Part shown: positions 20,141 through 29,642 of the stretch, piece by piece
Position numbering within the stretch: the stretch's first letter is position 1
Layout: each line of letters opens with the position of its first letter
NCBI GenBank assembly: GCA_900128395.1
Contig: LT649333.1
Coordinates: forward strand, 1-36,800
DNA length: 36,800 nucleotides
Direction of reading: 5' to 3'
Source of the DNA: Stramenopiles sp. TOSAG23-2
Lineage: Eukaryota
Program-made: the position numbers and the translations under genes
Notes under the pieces: generated by a model
Told to the model about the DNA's origin: nothing
Databases searched by the model: none
The model's input: only the letters and a program-made list of their open reading frames with translations

Positions 20141-21712
20141 ATGGCAGCTGTGAAAATATTGCCAAATTTTTTGAAACATTCATTAGAACGTGTATTACCA
20201 ACATCCTTGCAAACATTGCAAAGAGATTATAATAATATATTTAATCCAGCAGAAACAATTGTGGAGAATGGTAATGAGAAAAATAATAAACATGATAATA
20301 ATAATGATGCAAAAATGACAAGAGGAATGGAGGTAAATGATAATAATAATAATAATACAATTACATATGGACGTAAAGAATCTACAGCATATACCGCATT
20401 TCGTTTTGCACCAATATATAACGTTCAAGAATATGTATATAATGAATTGAAAGAAAGATTACCACATTTTAAACCAAAACAAGTTTTAGACTTTGGTGCT
20501 GGTCCTGGACAAACACATTGGGCAGTAAATCAAGTATTTGATGAAAATGGTGCGTTTTATGATTACGATGATGACGATGATACGAAAACAAAAAATGTAA
20601 ATAATAGTAATAACAATGTAAAACCAATACAATATACATATATTGAAGAATCAATGGCTATGCAAGATATCGGTAAAGAACTATGTAAACCAATAAAACA
20701 TTTATCAAAATCTATTACATGGCAACATTCTATTCGTGATGTTTTTGAGAAAGAACATGAACAAAATAAAAAATATGATATGGCTGTAATATCATATACA
20801 TTAAGTGATCTACCGACACAAAGTGCACAAAATGCTACTGTGCAATTATGTTGGGAAAAATTATCTGATGATGGTGTTTTAGTTGTCATTGAAGAAGGTA
20901 CACCATTTGGTTTTGGTATTATTTCACAAGTTCGAAATTTAGCAATAGATGGAAAGGAGAATAATGATTTAGATGATTTAGTAAAAGATATGGAAGATGG
21001 AAGGATGAAAAATGATCAAATTACAGATACTAGTAATGATCGAATTGATTTTACTTTAGACAATGATCATGCTGATCATGAAACAAAACATATGCCACAT
21101 AGTAAAACAAAAAATAAAAAACATAAAAAGAAAAAAAGGAAAAGAAAAAATAATAATGGAATTCAATTAAATGATGCAAATATTATAGCACCATGTCCAC
21201 ATATGTATGAATGTCCAATGGCATATTATGGTATTGATCCTAATTTAATATGTCGCTTTCCAATACGTGTTGAAACACCATATTCATCCTATTATAAAAT
21301 GGAATATTTTTCATATTTAATATTGCAAAAAAAAAGTAATTTTGAAACAGAATCTATCTTTCAAAATTTAGCACTTGATACATTTGATATCTATGGACGT
21401 GCAATACGCCCACCACGTAAACGTAAATCACATGTCATTTTAGATTTATGTACTAATAGAGGTGATTTAGAAAGTTTAACTGTTACTAAAAAATACAATC
21501 GTATTGTACCAACGTTATATCGCAAATCACGCAAATTGCCATATGGTAAATTGTGGCCAGATCTAACCGAACATCAACGATTGTATGAGAAATTATATGG
21601 CACCGATGAAGTGGAAGATAATGAGGAGATACAAGCATTGAAAGAAAAAGGTGAATTGTTTAATGTAGATGATGAAATGTTTGATGATTTGTCGGAAGGG
21701 GAAGATGAATGA
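20141..21712 (+). CDS. RSM22: Rsm22/METTL17 mitoribosomal small-subunit assembly factor (methyltransferase fold)
   Basis: AYTAFRFAPIY, VLDFGAGPG, LVVIEEGTPFGF, IIAPCPHMYECP...C, EYFSYLIL, RPPRKRKSHVILDLC and YRKSRKLPYGKLWP. The four Cys known to bind an Fe-S cluster in METTL17 appear to be retained. Confidence 0.93.
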   Translation: MAAVKILPNFLKHSLERVLPTSLQTLQRDYNNIFNPAETIVENGNEKNNKHDNNNDAKMTRGMEVNDNNNNNTITYGRKESTAYTAFRFAPIYNVQEYVYNELKERLPHFKPKQVLDFGAGPGQTHWAVNQVFDENGAFYDYDDDDDTKTKNVNNSNNNVKPIQYTYIEESMAMQDIGKELCKPIKHLSKSITWQHSIRDVFEKEHEQNKKYDMAVISYTLSDLPTQSAQNATVQLCWEKLSDDGVLVVIEEGTPFGFGIISQVRNLAIDGKENNDLDDLVKDMEDGRMKNDQITDTSNDRIDFTLDNDHADHETKHMPHSKTKNKKHKKKKRKRKNNNGIQLNDANIIAPCPHMYECPMAYYGIDPNLICRFPIRVETPYSSYYKMEYFSYLILQKKSNFETESIFQNLALDTFDIYGRAIRPPRKRKSHVILDLCTNRGDLESLTVTKKYNRIVPTLYRKSRKLPYGKLWPDLTEHQRLYEKLYGTDEVEDNEEIQALKEKGELFNVDDEMFDDLSEGEDE

Positions 21713-22022
21713 TGATGAGTGCATGAAATGAGAAACAAAAATGTGTTTTATTTTAAGGTTAAAGTAGAATATGTTAACGACAGAAAAAAAACTTATTTTC
21801 AGCAACACCCCAGTTTTCATTCTCTTCGCCCACAGTTTTTTTTGTTGTGTTGCTTGTTATTGTTCTAAATTGTGCAATTGTTGAATTTTTTATTTTAATT
21901 TTTATAAAATAGTTTCAGCATCAAGGGAATATTCAAAAGACAAAAGCAATATAAAAAACAGGAATATACAATTTTCATATCAGTTGGAAAAAAAAAACAA
22001 ACAAGCAACCTATACAACAACA

Positions 22023-23822
22023 ATGAAATCAATACAAATTGTAACCATTGCTTTATTGGCTATTCTGTTTGTACATGCAAATGCTACTACCGGAACATTA
22101 TCTGGATCTTATCGTAAAGATTTTTATTTGAAAGATTACCATGAATCATTGAAATCATATACTACGCCAACTGATGGTGGGCGTGTGAATTTAGTATTAC
22201 AAGGATCAAGTTGTAATTTAGATGGTATTAAATCCATCAAAATCAATTCGCAGGAAGCTACCAATCTGCCATATGACAAGGATGATAAAAATCCTCCTGA
22301 TTTTACATATTTTGATTGGGCAAGATATCACAGTGACAAACAAAGTAACGTTTTGTGGATATTATTTCATTCAAGAAATACAAAATGGTTGGATAGCTCG
22401 GATACTCCAACATTACAAGTGGAAGTAAGTGATGACAAAGGTCAATGTTATCAAGGGAATGTGAAAGTAACTGTAAAACCTGGAGTTACGGTTACATATG
22501 CAACAACTGCAAATCAAGGTCTTGATTTTATTGTTCATTTTAGTGGCAGTGGAACATTAAATAACTATGCAATTAATGGCGTTGCAACGACAGGAAAACC
22601 GATAACAGTTTCAAGCAATCATACTACAATTGTTTCATTTAAACAGTCAATTGCAATGACACCAGGAAGAATTTGGTCGGTTACCTATGATAATTCGATG
22701 GGATATGGTGGGCGTGTCATTCCAGAAAGATTTCCAATCGAAGCATGGCCAAACAGTGATGATTGTCCAATACCCGGTGCAGAAAAAACAAACGAAAAAG
22801 ATTATGATACCATCAAATCGCTAGGTATCGATAGTATTTTTCTATGCCATGATCAATGTGGTGATAAAGCAGCTACTGCAGATTCTTTGGCGGAAAAAGA
22901 TTTACCATTTACAATAATGTTAAAAGCAAAAGAAATCAGTAATACGAAAAATCAAACAAAAATTGCAGCCATTTACATAGGTGATGAAGTTGATGGTGAT
23001 ATGAATAATAATTTAAGGGATACAGATCCAAAACAAATGAACGATGCATACCCACAACTTCCAACATATCAAGGTGGAAAAACAAATTCACATATTGGTT
23101 CATATAGTGGAATTACAGATATACAAGGAATGGATGCATATATCGGTGCATGTGCTCCTACCATTGTTCCTGTAATAAAGCCATTACCAGTGAATTATCC
23201 ATATTTGTATTTAAAAAATACTAGAAATAACCATATGCCATTACCAACATGGTTATATTCACAATTGTACTCAGATGCATGGAGTTATCAACCAAATGCA
23301 AATGAAATCGTTTCGCAAATTACACAAACAATTCTTGCAGGTGGAAAAGGTATTACACTTTTCCAAAGTAAGCAAGATGATTTCAATCAACATGATTTAA
23401 AACCAACTGCACAAATATTAAATTCAATTCAAGGTGTAAAAGAATATATTCGTACTGGTAGTATTGGTGGTGCACAAATTCAAGATTCCGGAGAACCTGT
23501 AATGTATGAAGCAATTCGTACGCCAAATAAATTGGTTTTTGTTGTATTGAATACCAAAGCACATGGGTATTCTAATTTAATTTGTCATATTTATATCGCT
23601 GGAAAACATTGGGATTGGACAAAACAGACTGTAAGCAAATTTGAAATGGAAATTCCAGCAGGAATGACATTATCAAATTTCGCAGAGCAAATTGGTACGA
23701 AAGTTAATACGAAACCAGATGGTGTTGATGTTCAAATCAGCGGTAACAAGGTCACATTGAAAAACATGGATTTAGATGATAAAAATGTTGCACGTATTTT
23801 TACATTTGACATTTCTCAATGA
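22023..23822 (+). CDS. Secreted protein with a probable glycoside-hydrolase-like TIM-barrel domain (family unassigned)
   Basis: ATG at 22023 gives the signal peptide MKSIQIVTIALLAILFVHANA. Motifs YIGDEVDG, DIQGMDAY and QPNANEI..Q....ILAGGKGITLF resemble uncharacterised GH-like barrels; beta-rich flanking regions. Confidence 0.65.
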   Translation: MKSIQIVTIALLAILFVHANATTGTLSGSYRKDFYLKDYHESLKSYTTPTDGGRVNLVLQGSSCNLDGIKSIKINSQEATNLPYDKDDKNPPDFTYFDWARYHSDKQSNVLWILFHSRNTKWLDSSDTPTLQVEVSDDKGQCYQGNVKVTVKPGVTVTYATTANQGLDFIVHFSGSGTLNNYAINGVATTGKPITVSSNHTTIVSFKQSIAMTPGRIWSVTYDNSMGYGGRVIPERFPIEAWPNSDDCPIPGAEKTNEKDYDTIKSLGIDSIFLCHDQCGDKAATADSLAEKDLPFTIMLKAKEISNTKNQTKIAAIYIGDEVDGDMNNNLRDTDPKQMNDAYPQLPTYQGGKTNSHIGSYSGITDIQGMDAYIGACAPTIVPVIKPLPVNYPYLYLKNTRNNHMPLPTWLYSQLYSDAWSYQPNANEIVSQITQTILAGGKGITLFQSKQDDFNQHDLKPTAQILNSIQGVKEYIRTGSIGGAQIQDSGEPVMYEAIRTPNKLVFVVLNTKAHGYSNLICHIYIAGKHWDWTKQTVSKFEMEIPAGMTLSNFAEQIGTKVNTKPDGVDVQISGNKVTLKNMDLDDKNVARIFTFDISQ

Positions 23823-24261
23823 ATTTAATTAAAAAATGAAGATTTACCCACAAACAGTTTTCGTGGTATTTTTGATTTAGTATTAATTATTTCTGTGGTA
23901 ATTACACATATTATATAGTGAAATATAAGATTATGAGTAAATAAAATCTTTAAATTATAAATAAATAATGATGAGAAATCTCGTTTGTACTCGTATTACC
24001 GTATCATATAAATATTTAAATGCTATTATTCTTCTAATTCTAGCTAATATAGAAAAAAATATTATGATAGTCATATCTCGCGTAAAAATCGCAATATTTC
24101 ATAAAAATATGACGTATCATATCATATCACACACATATTTCACTTATATGCATATATCATATGATACAATATTTAAAAAAAATTAAAAATCTCTTTTTAT
24201 CCACAAAGAAGAGAATTTACGATATACGAAAGCTACGTATAATTAAAATTTTGAGTCTCTT

Positions 24262-25551
24262 TTAATAACTACGTGGCATTTTCAATATTTTTTCACCAAC
24301 AAAACTCAATACTAAATTTGTTGAAATTGGTGCTACACGATAAAGTCGAGTTTCTCGAAATTTTCGTTCAATATCATATTCTCTAGCAAATCCAAATCCA
24401 CCAAATGTTTGTATACATTCATCACCACATTTAAATGATGCCTCTGCTGCGAGATGCTTACTAATATTTGCCTCAGCACCAATATCATCCCCACGATCAA
24501 ATTTTTCAGCTGCTAAATCTACCATTAAAGCAGCAGCTTCTAGTTCACAATATGCTTGTGCAATTGGAAATTGTATACCTTGATTTTGACCAATTGGTCG
24601 ACCAAATACTTCACGTTCACTTGCATATTCAGTTGCTTTATCGATAAAATACCTTCCATCGCCAATACATTCAGATGCAATTAATACACGTTCAGCATTC
24701 ATTCCTTTCAATATAGTTTTAAACCCTCCACCGATACCACCGATAATATTTTCTTTTTTTGCAACAACATTTTCGAAAAATACTGCAGTTGAACTATGAT
24801 TCATCATCGTTTTGACTGGTTTAATTTCCATACCTGGTTGATCACGCATGTCAACTAAAAAGGTTGTTAATTGTTTGCCACGTGGCTCGCTACCATCCCC
24901 GGTACGTGCCAATACTAACATTAAATCAGAATGTTCTGCGCGGCTAGTCCACATTTTTGAACCATTGATTAAAAAATCACCATTTTCATCTTCCGTTGCT
25001 CTTGTTTGCAATGATAATGTATCCGTACCACTATTTGGTTCAGTCACTCCAAATGCTTGTAAACGCAATTCTCCAGAAGCTATTCTTGGTAAATATCGTT
25101 CTTGTTGCTCTGCTGTACCAGAGTGCAATATGGATCCCATAATATACATCTGTGCATGCGCTGCACCTGCATTGCAACCTGCTCGGTGTATTTCTTCCAA
25201 AACAACTGTTGCCTCTTTTAAACCTAAACCACTGCCACCATATTCCTCTGGAATCAAGATACCTAAAAACCCTGAATCCGTCATAGCTTTTACAAATTCT
25301 GTTGGATATTCTTCCTCCTTATCTAAGTCTCTCCAATATTCACCTGGAAAATCAGCACAAATCGATCGGACAGATTGTCTAATTTGTTGCACTTCATCAC
25401 TATCTTTGTATTGTGTCATTGAATGTGTACTAAACAACCTAGGAGTCGCCTTCATAGTATTATTATTTTTCATCTTCATCGTTATTAACCTATTTTTATT
25501 ATATTTATTTTTAATGTTATTACGTATTGCCATCATCATTCTATTATTCAT
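24262..25551 (-). CDS. Mitochondrial acyl-CoA dehydrogenase
   Basis: Basic N-terminal presequence ending RLFST; IPEEYGGSGLG, AFGVTEPNSGTD, INGSKMWTS, NAER, REVFGRPIGQNQGIQF, QTFGGFGFAREYDIER. Confidence 0.96.
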   Translation of the reverse strand: MNNRMMMAIRNNIKNKYNKNRLITMKMKNNNTMKATPRLFSTHSMTQYKDSDEVQQIRQSVRSICADFPGEYWRDLDKEEEYPTEFVKAMTDSGFLGILIPEEYGGSGLGLKEATVVLEEIHRAGCNAGAAHAQMYIMGSILHSGTAEQQERYLPRIASGELRLQAFGVTEPNSGTDTLSLQTRATEDENGDFLINGSKMWTSRAEHSDLMLVLARTGDGSEPRGKQLTTFLVDMRDQPGMEIKPVKTMMNHSSTAVFFENVVAKKENIIGGIGGGFKTILKGMNAERVLIASECIGDGRYFIDKATEYASEREVFGRPIGQNQGIQFPIAQAYCELEAAALMVDLAAEKFDRGDDIGAEANISKHLAAEASFKCGDECIQTFGGFGFAREYDIERKFRETRLYRVAPISTNLVLSFVGEKILKMPRSY

Positions 25552-25774
25552 GGCTATATTTCTTTTTATTTATATTATCCTTGCCCTATTTTTGCAATTG
25601 TTAATTTATAAGACGTATTATTAATACTTATAATCGTATCGATAAGAATAATGTCGTTTTTCTTGAATATATATTAATATATTTCAGTCGTCTCACAATA
25701 CTGAATTTATTCTCTGTATTGTAGTATATATCATCTTATTGTTCGATTATTAATAATTATTGGATTAATTTAAT

Positions 25775-25855
25775 GGGCGGGGCCCGCGCCGTGGTGTGTG
25801 TGCCCGAAGCTGTGCTGTGATGGGTGTGCTGGTGTGTGGTGCCTCCTCTGCGTCT
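25775..25855. promoter_or_regulatory. GC/GT-rich island in the divergent spacer between the ACAD and kinase genes (candidate bidirectional promoter core)
   Basis: GGGCGGGGCCCGCGCC followed by GTGTG repeats, inside otherwise very AT-rich DNA roughly midway between two divergent ATGs. Confidence 0.4.
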
Positions 25856-25990
25856 TACCTTTTTTTACTTATAGCTATACATATATATATTAATATACCT
25901 TCATATATATCAACAACAACTATAGATGCATATTACATCAGTTGATAAAATACAAGATAATAGAAATCAGTAAATAAACAGTGAAAAAAC

Positions 25991-27583
25991 ATGTCAAACG
26001 ATAAGATTATCAACAATATAAACGATGCGGTTCAAGAGGTACGAAGCAGTTTAACTCCATATGAAATAAGATATTTAAAAAATAAGAATGTGCAAAAATA
26101 TAATAATAATTTATTGAACTGGATATATTTATCCTCCTCTTCTTCTCATTCATCATTATATTCTGCACAAAACGTTTTAAAAGAACAATTCAATATCAAT
26201 ATAAATGATGTACTATCTCGAGATTTTAATGTCAAACAACAATTTTGGTGTGATTTTGAAACGAAAGTAACCGCTCACTGGGAAAACGAAATGGTAGAAT
26301 CTACACCTTGGACATATGAACAAGTAACAGAAAAGAAATTAAATTATTGTTTTCAAAATTCTCCATATTTAAAAGCTAATATTAAAAAAATCCCACATGC
26401 AAACTTATTATCCAAGGAAATGATTGGTGTAGGTCATGGTATGATGTCATCGATGTGTCGTTTGAAATTACAATGGGAGAAACAAAACAATCTATTGCCA
26501 ACATCTGTTGTTTGTAAATTAACACCAACAGGATTGCCACAACGAGTTTTATCTCGTTCTTCCGCATTATTAAAAATGGAATATTTGTTTTATGAAAATA
26601 TTGATACTGAAAAAGCAAATAATGATATTGGTATAAATATACCAAAAATTTATTATTTAGATTATCGTGACAGTGCTGATCGCTTTACTATTATAATGGA
26701 AGATCTATGCGATGAAAATGGTCAAAATTGTCAACAAATAGATCAAATAACCGGGTTAACATTTGATGAAACATTGAGATTGATCAAATATAGTGGCAAG
26801 CTGCATAAATATTTTGTTCGTCAAGCCGAAACGTTATTGTCACCAAACATTAGGACTATTGCAATTACAGATCCATTAAAAAAAGAAAACACAGTTAATA
26901 GAATGAAGCGAGATTTACCTGTTTTTTTAAACATAATGAAATCCAAACCATTTTTTATTGATATTGAAAATAGCCCGATAGCAAAGTTAGCAAAAGTATA
27001 CTCATTAAATGCATCAGAATATTACTCTTATTTTAATTATACAAATGATTATTTTACAGTATGCCATGGTGATTTGAGAGCTGATAATGTCATGAAAAGC
27101 AAAGATGGGACTGTGATTCCAATTGATTTACAATGCATGAAAGCTGCGCCTGGTGAATTTGATATTGCGTATTTACTTGCAGGCTCTATGAAAGTGGGAG
27201 ATAGACGAAAATATGAAAATGAATTGATTACTATGTATTTTGATGAAAGGGGGTACAGTACATCATATGAAAAAGTACTATCTTTATATCATTTCAATTT
27301 ATTTATTGCATATGGGCTAATGAGGTTTGGTATAACAACTTTATCTACAGCAATGGGGGAAAGTGATCGTGGTACTGAATTGAATAATGTAACTCTTCAA
27401 CGATTTTTTGCTGCAGTAGAGGATTGGGATACATTAAGAACAGTAGAAGATGCAATTTTAAGAGTTAAAGCTGGTAAAACAAGTGTTCCAACGGAAGAAG
27501 AATGTCGAAAATGTCTACCACAAAGAAAATTGGATAGTTTAGTGGATAATATTAATAATCATGATGCTGTTTCGAAGATGTGA
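25991..27583 (+). CDS. EcKL/CHK/APH-like small-molecule kinase with C-terminal PTS1 (SKM)
   Basis: IGVGHGMMS..CR, PTSVVCK, EYLFY, IPKIYY, IIMEDL, VCHGDLRADN (Brenner motif), PIDLQ and DIAYLL; ends in -SKM. Confidence 0.88.
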   Translation: MSNDKIINNINDAVQEVRSSLTPYEIRYLKNKNVQKYNNNLLNWIYLSSSSSHSSLYSAQNVLKEQFNININDVLSRDFNVKQQFWCDFETKVTAHWENEMVESTPWTYEQVTEKKLNYCFQNSPYLKANIKKIPHANLLSKEMIGVGHGMMSSMCRLKLQWEKQNNLLPTSVVCKLTPTGLPQRVLSRSSALLKMEYLFYENIDTEKANNDIGINIPKIYYLDYRDSADRFTIIMEDLCDENGQNCQQIDQITGLTFDETLRLIKYSGKLHKYFVRQAETLLSPNIRTIAITDPLKKENTVNRMKRDLPVFLNIMKSKPFFIDIENSPIAKLAKVYSLNASEYYSYFNYTNDYFTVCHGDLRADNVMKSKDGTVIPIDLQCMKAAPGEFDIAYLLAGSMKVGDRRKYENELITMYFDERGYSTSYEKVLSLYHFNLFIAYGLMRFGITTLSTAMGESDRGTELNNVTLQRFFAAVEDWDTLRTVEDAILRVKAGKTSVPTEEECRKCLPQRKLDSLVDNINNHDAVSKM

Positions 27584-27649
27584 GATATCTTATATTCGTA
27601 TGATATATGATATGTGGTAAAGATGATTACTCTCGTACACATAATTATA

Positions 27650-27752
27650 TATACGACTCGTATAAAATATAAAAAATGTGATTATATAATACGAGTCGTA
27701 TAAAAATCAATTAAATCATATATTTAAAAAAATATATATACGAGCTCGTATA
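27650..27752. repeat. Three palindromic TATACGA-(N1-2)-TCGTATA-type elements in a convergent spacer
   Basis: tatacgactcgtata at 27650-27664, atacgagtcgtat at 27689-27701 and the perfect 16-mer tatacgagctcgtata at 27737-27752. Confidence 0.85.
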
Positions 27753-27911
27753 ATATTTATATATATGATAGATAAATGATAAAATATATATGCATATCAT
27801 ATTATTGTACACGAAATTAAATTAATAAAAATTACGTTTTCGTAAAAATATTTTTACAACACCCCCAAACTCACACACAACGCGAAGGGATCTTTTTTTA
27901 TTCATCTCTCA

Positions 27912-29642
27912 TCAATCGATTATCTCTATCTTAATACTTGATGGTGCCTTTTCCTTCTTTTTGCCTTTATTTCTTTCTTTCCTTTCTTTCGCAACAACTA
28001 AACTATCTCGTTTCTTTCTTAATTTTGTTTTATTTTTCTTCTTATTTTCTATTTCTTCAGCCTCTTTTTCTTTACTTAATACAACTGGTCGAATTAATGT
28101 TGCTATGATGAAAAATTCCATAAATGCACAGAATGCACCTAACCAAAAAACCAAATGTGAGAAAGATCCATATGTATAAGTTTGTTTTAAAACATCAGAA
28201 ACAAATATCGGACCCGCTATAAATGGGGCTAATCCCATGCCAATAGACATGGCGCCGCTTACCAAACCATTTGCTGCACCACGTTGTTCAACAGGTACTA
28301 CTAAACCAACAATTGAATTATAGGATGGATTTTTAGCGGACATTGCTGCTGGCAACAAAAGAATCATTAATAAGAACTGGATGAAAGTATTTGCAACATA
28401 AGAAAATATAGCTAAATACAAGGCAAGTAAAAAACCTGATCCATACAATGTATTTAAATAACCAGTTCCACGTGATTTACTACCACATTGCATTTTTTCC
28501 AATATTTTTGCTGAATTTGCAGCTAAAGGAATATTCACTATGCCATATGCAAACAAAAAAAGACCAACCTCGGTTGTGCCCCAATTCATAAGACTTAAAA
28601 ATACAAGTGCACACATCGAATTAAATGTACCAAATGCCATTGAGCCAAAAAAGAAACTCAGAAACATATGATAAATAGTTTTAGGCATTTTCGCAGCTTT
28701 TCCCTTTGATTTTTTTACTACCCCGAACTTTTCGTCCATCCATTTTGGTCTGAGTCCAAGGATACCAGCAGATGGGTGTGTTTCTGTTACTCTGAAAAAT
28801 GCCATACATAATATGATAGTTGCTATTGCGGTTGGTACGAAAAAGCCAGCGCGTTTTCCAAATGCCAATGCTGCAAGTACTCCTAAAACTGGTCCTATCG
28901 TAAAGGCCATACCAATACTAGCGCCAGCAAGACCAAAAAATTTTGGTCTTTCTGCTGGATCTTGTACTGTATCAAGTATCATTGATATCGCAACTGGCAT
29001 TGTGCCACCAGCTAATCCAGAAAATAAACGATAAACATAAATTTCACCTAATGTTTGTGATATTCCGCATAATAAATAACCAACTGCTGACATTAAAAGG
29101 GACAACATAATGATAGGTTTACGTCCAATTTTATCCGAGACACGTCCCATAATAATATTACCAATTAATTGTCCTATGCTAAAACAGCCACCTAATGCTC
29201 CAACATCAACCGGTGTGCCACAGCCAGGTATTGCTCCACATTTGATTGCTGGATCATCGTTTGGGCAAGTTGGGCATTCTGTTGTTCTCTCCCAGCCTAA
29301 CTCCAAAATAAAATAAGGGAGAATTGGTATTGCTATTGCTAATCCAAGAAAATCAATAAATACACAAAGTATAGCAGGCCATAAAATACGAAAGTAATCA
29401 ATAAATTTTGGTTTTGGCATTTCATTAGTTGATGCTCCTTCATTAACTTGATTAGCATCATTATCGCGTTCATTAATTTCTTTTTCCATTACGTATAAAT
29501 ATGCTTTTTGATCATTTGCTAACTCCCATGACAGTTCAACTTTAACAAATGTTTTATTGTTATCCTCTTTATTACGTATAATTTCAACAATTTTTCCTTT
29601 ACCTAATTTTGTATCAACGATGCTATTAATTGCAAATACCAT
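27912..29642 (-). CDS. MFS transporter (DHA1/TetA-like) with an N-terminal SH3/KOW-like extension
   Basis: DFLGLAIAIPILP in TM1, motif A GRVSDKIGRKP, RLFSGLAGG, antiporter motif C (GMAFTIGPVLG) and about 12 hydrophobic segments. Confidence 0.93.
   Translation of the reverse strand: MVFAINSIVDTKLGKGKIVEIIRNKEDNNKTFVKVELSWELANDQKAYLYVMEKEINERDNDANQVNEGASTNEMPKPKFIDYFRILWPAILCVFIDFLGLAIAIPILPYFILELGWERTTECPTCPNDDPAIKCGAIPGCGTPVDVGALGGCFSIGQLIGNIIMGRVSDKIGRKPIIMLSLLMSAVGYLLCGISQTLGEIYVYRLFSGLAGGTMPVAISMILDTVQDPAERPKFFGLAGASIGMAFTIGPVLGVLAALAFGKRAGFFVPTAIATIILCMAFFRVTETHPSAGILGLRPKWMDEKFGVVKKSKGKAAKMPKTIYHMFLSFFFGSMAFGTFNSMCALVFLSLMNWGTTEVGLFLFAYGIVNIPLAANSAKILEKMQCGSKSRGTGYLNTLYGSGFLLALYLAIFSYVANTFIQFLLMILLLPAAMSAKNPSYNSIVGLVVPVEQRGAANGLVSGAMSIGMGLAPFIAGPIFVSDVLKQTYTYGSFSHLVFWLGAFCAFMEFFIIATLIRPVVLSKEKEAEEIENKKKNKTKLRKKRDSLVVAKERKERNKGKKKEKAPSSIKIEIID

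Noticed and set aside
24848..25624. 258-aa plus-strand ORF
   Set aside because: Antisense shadow of the acyl-CoA dehydrogenase with no independent motifs.
27640..27760. CRISPR-like array of palindromes with spacers
   Set aside because: Units are only 13-16 bp and non-identical, spacers are low-complexity AT, there are no cas genes, and the context is eukaryotic.
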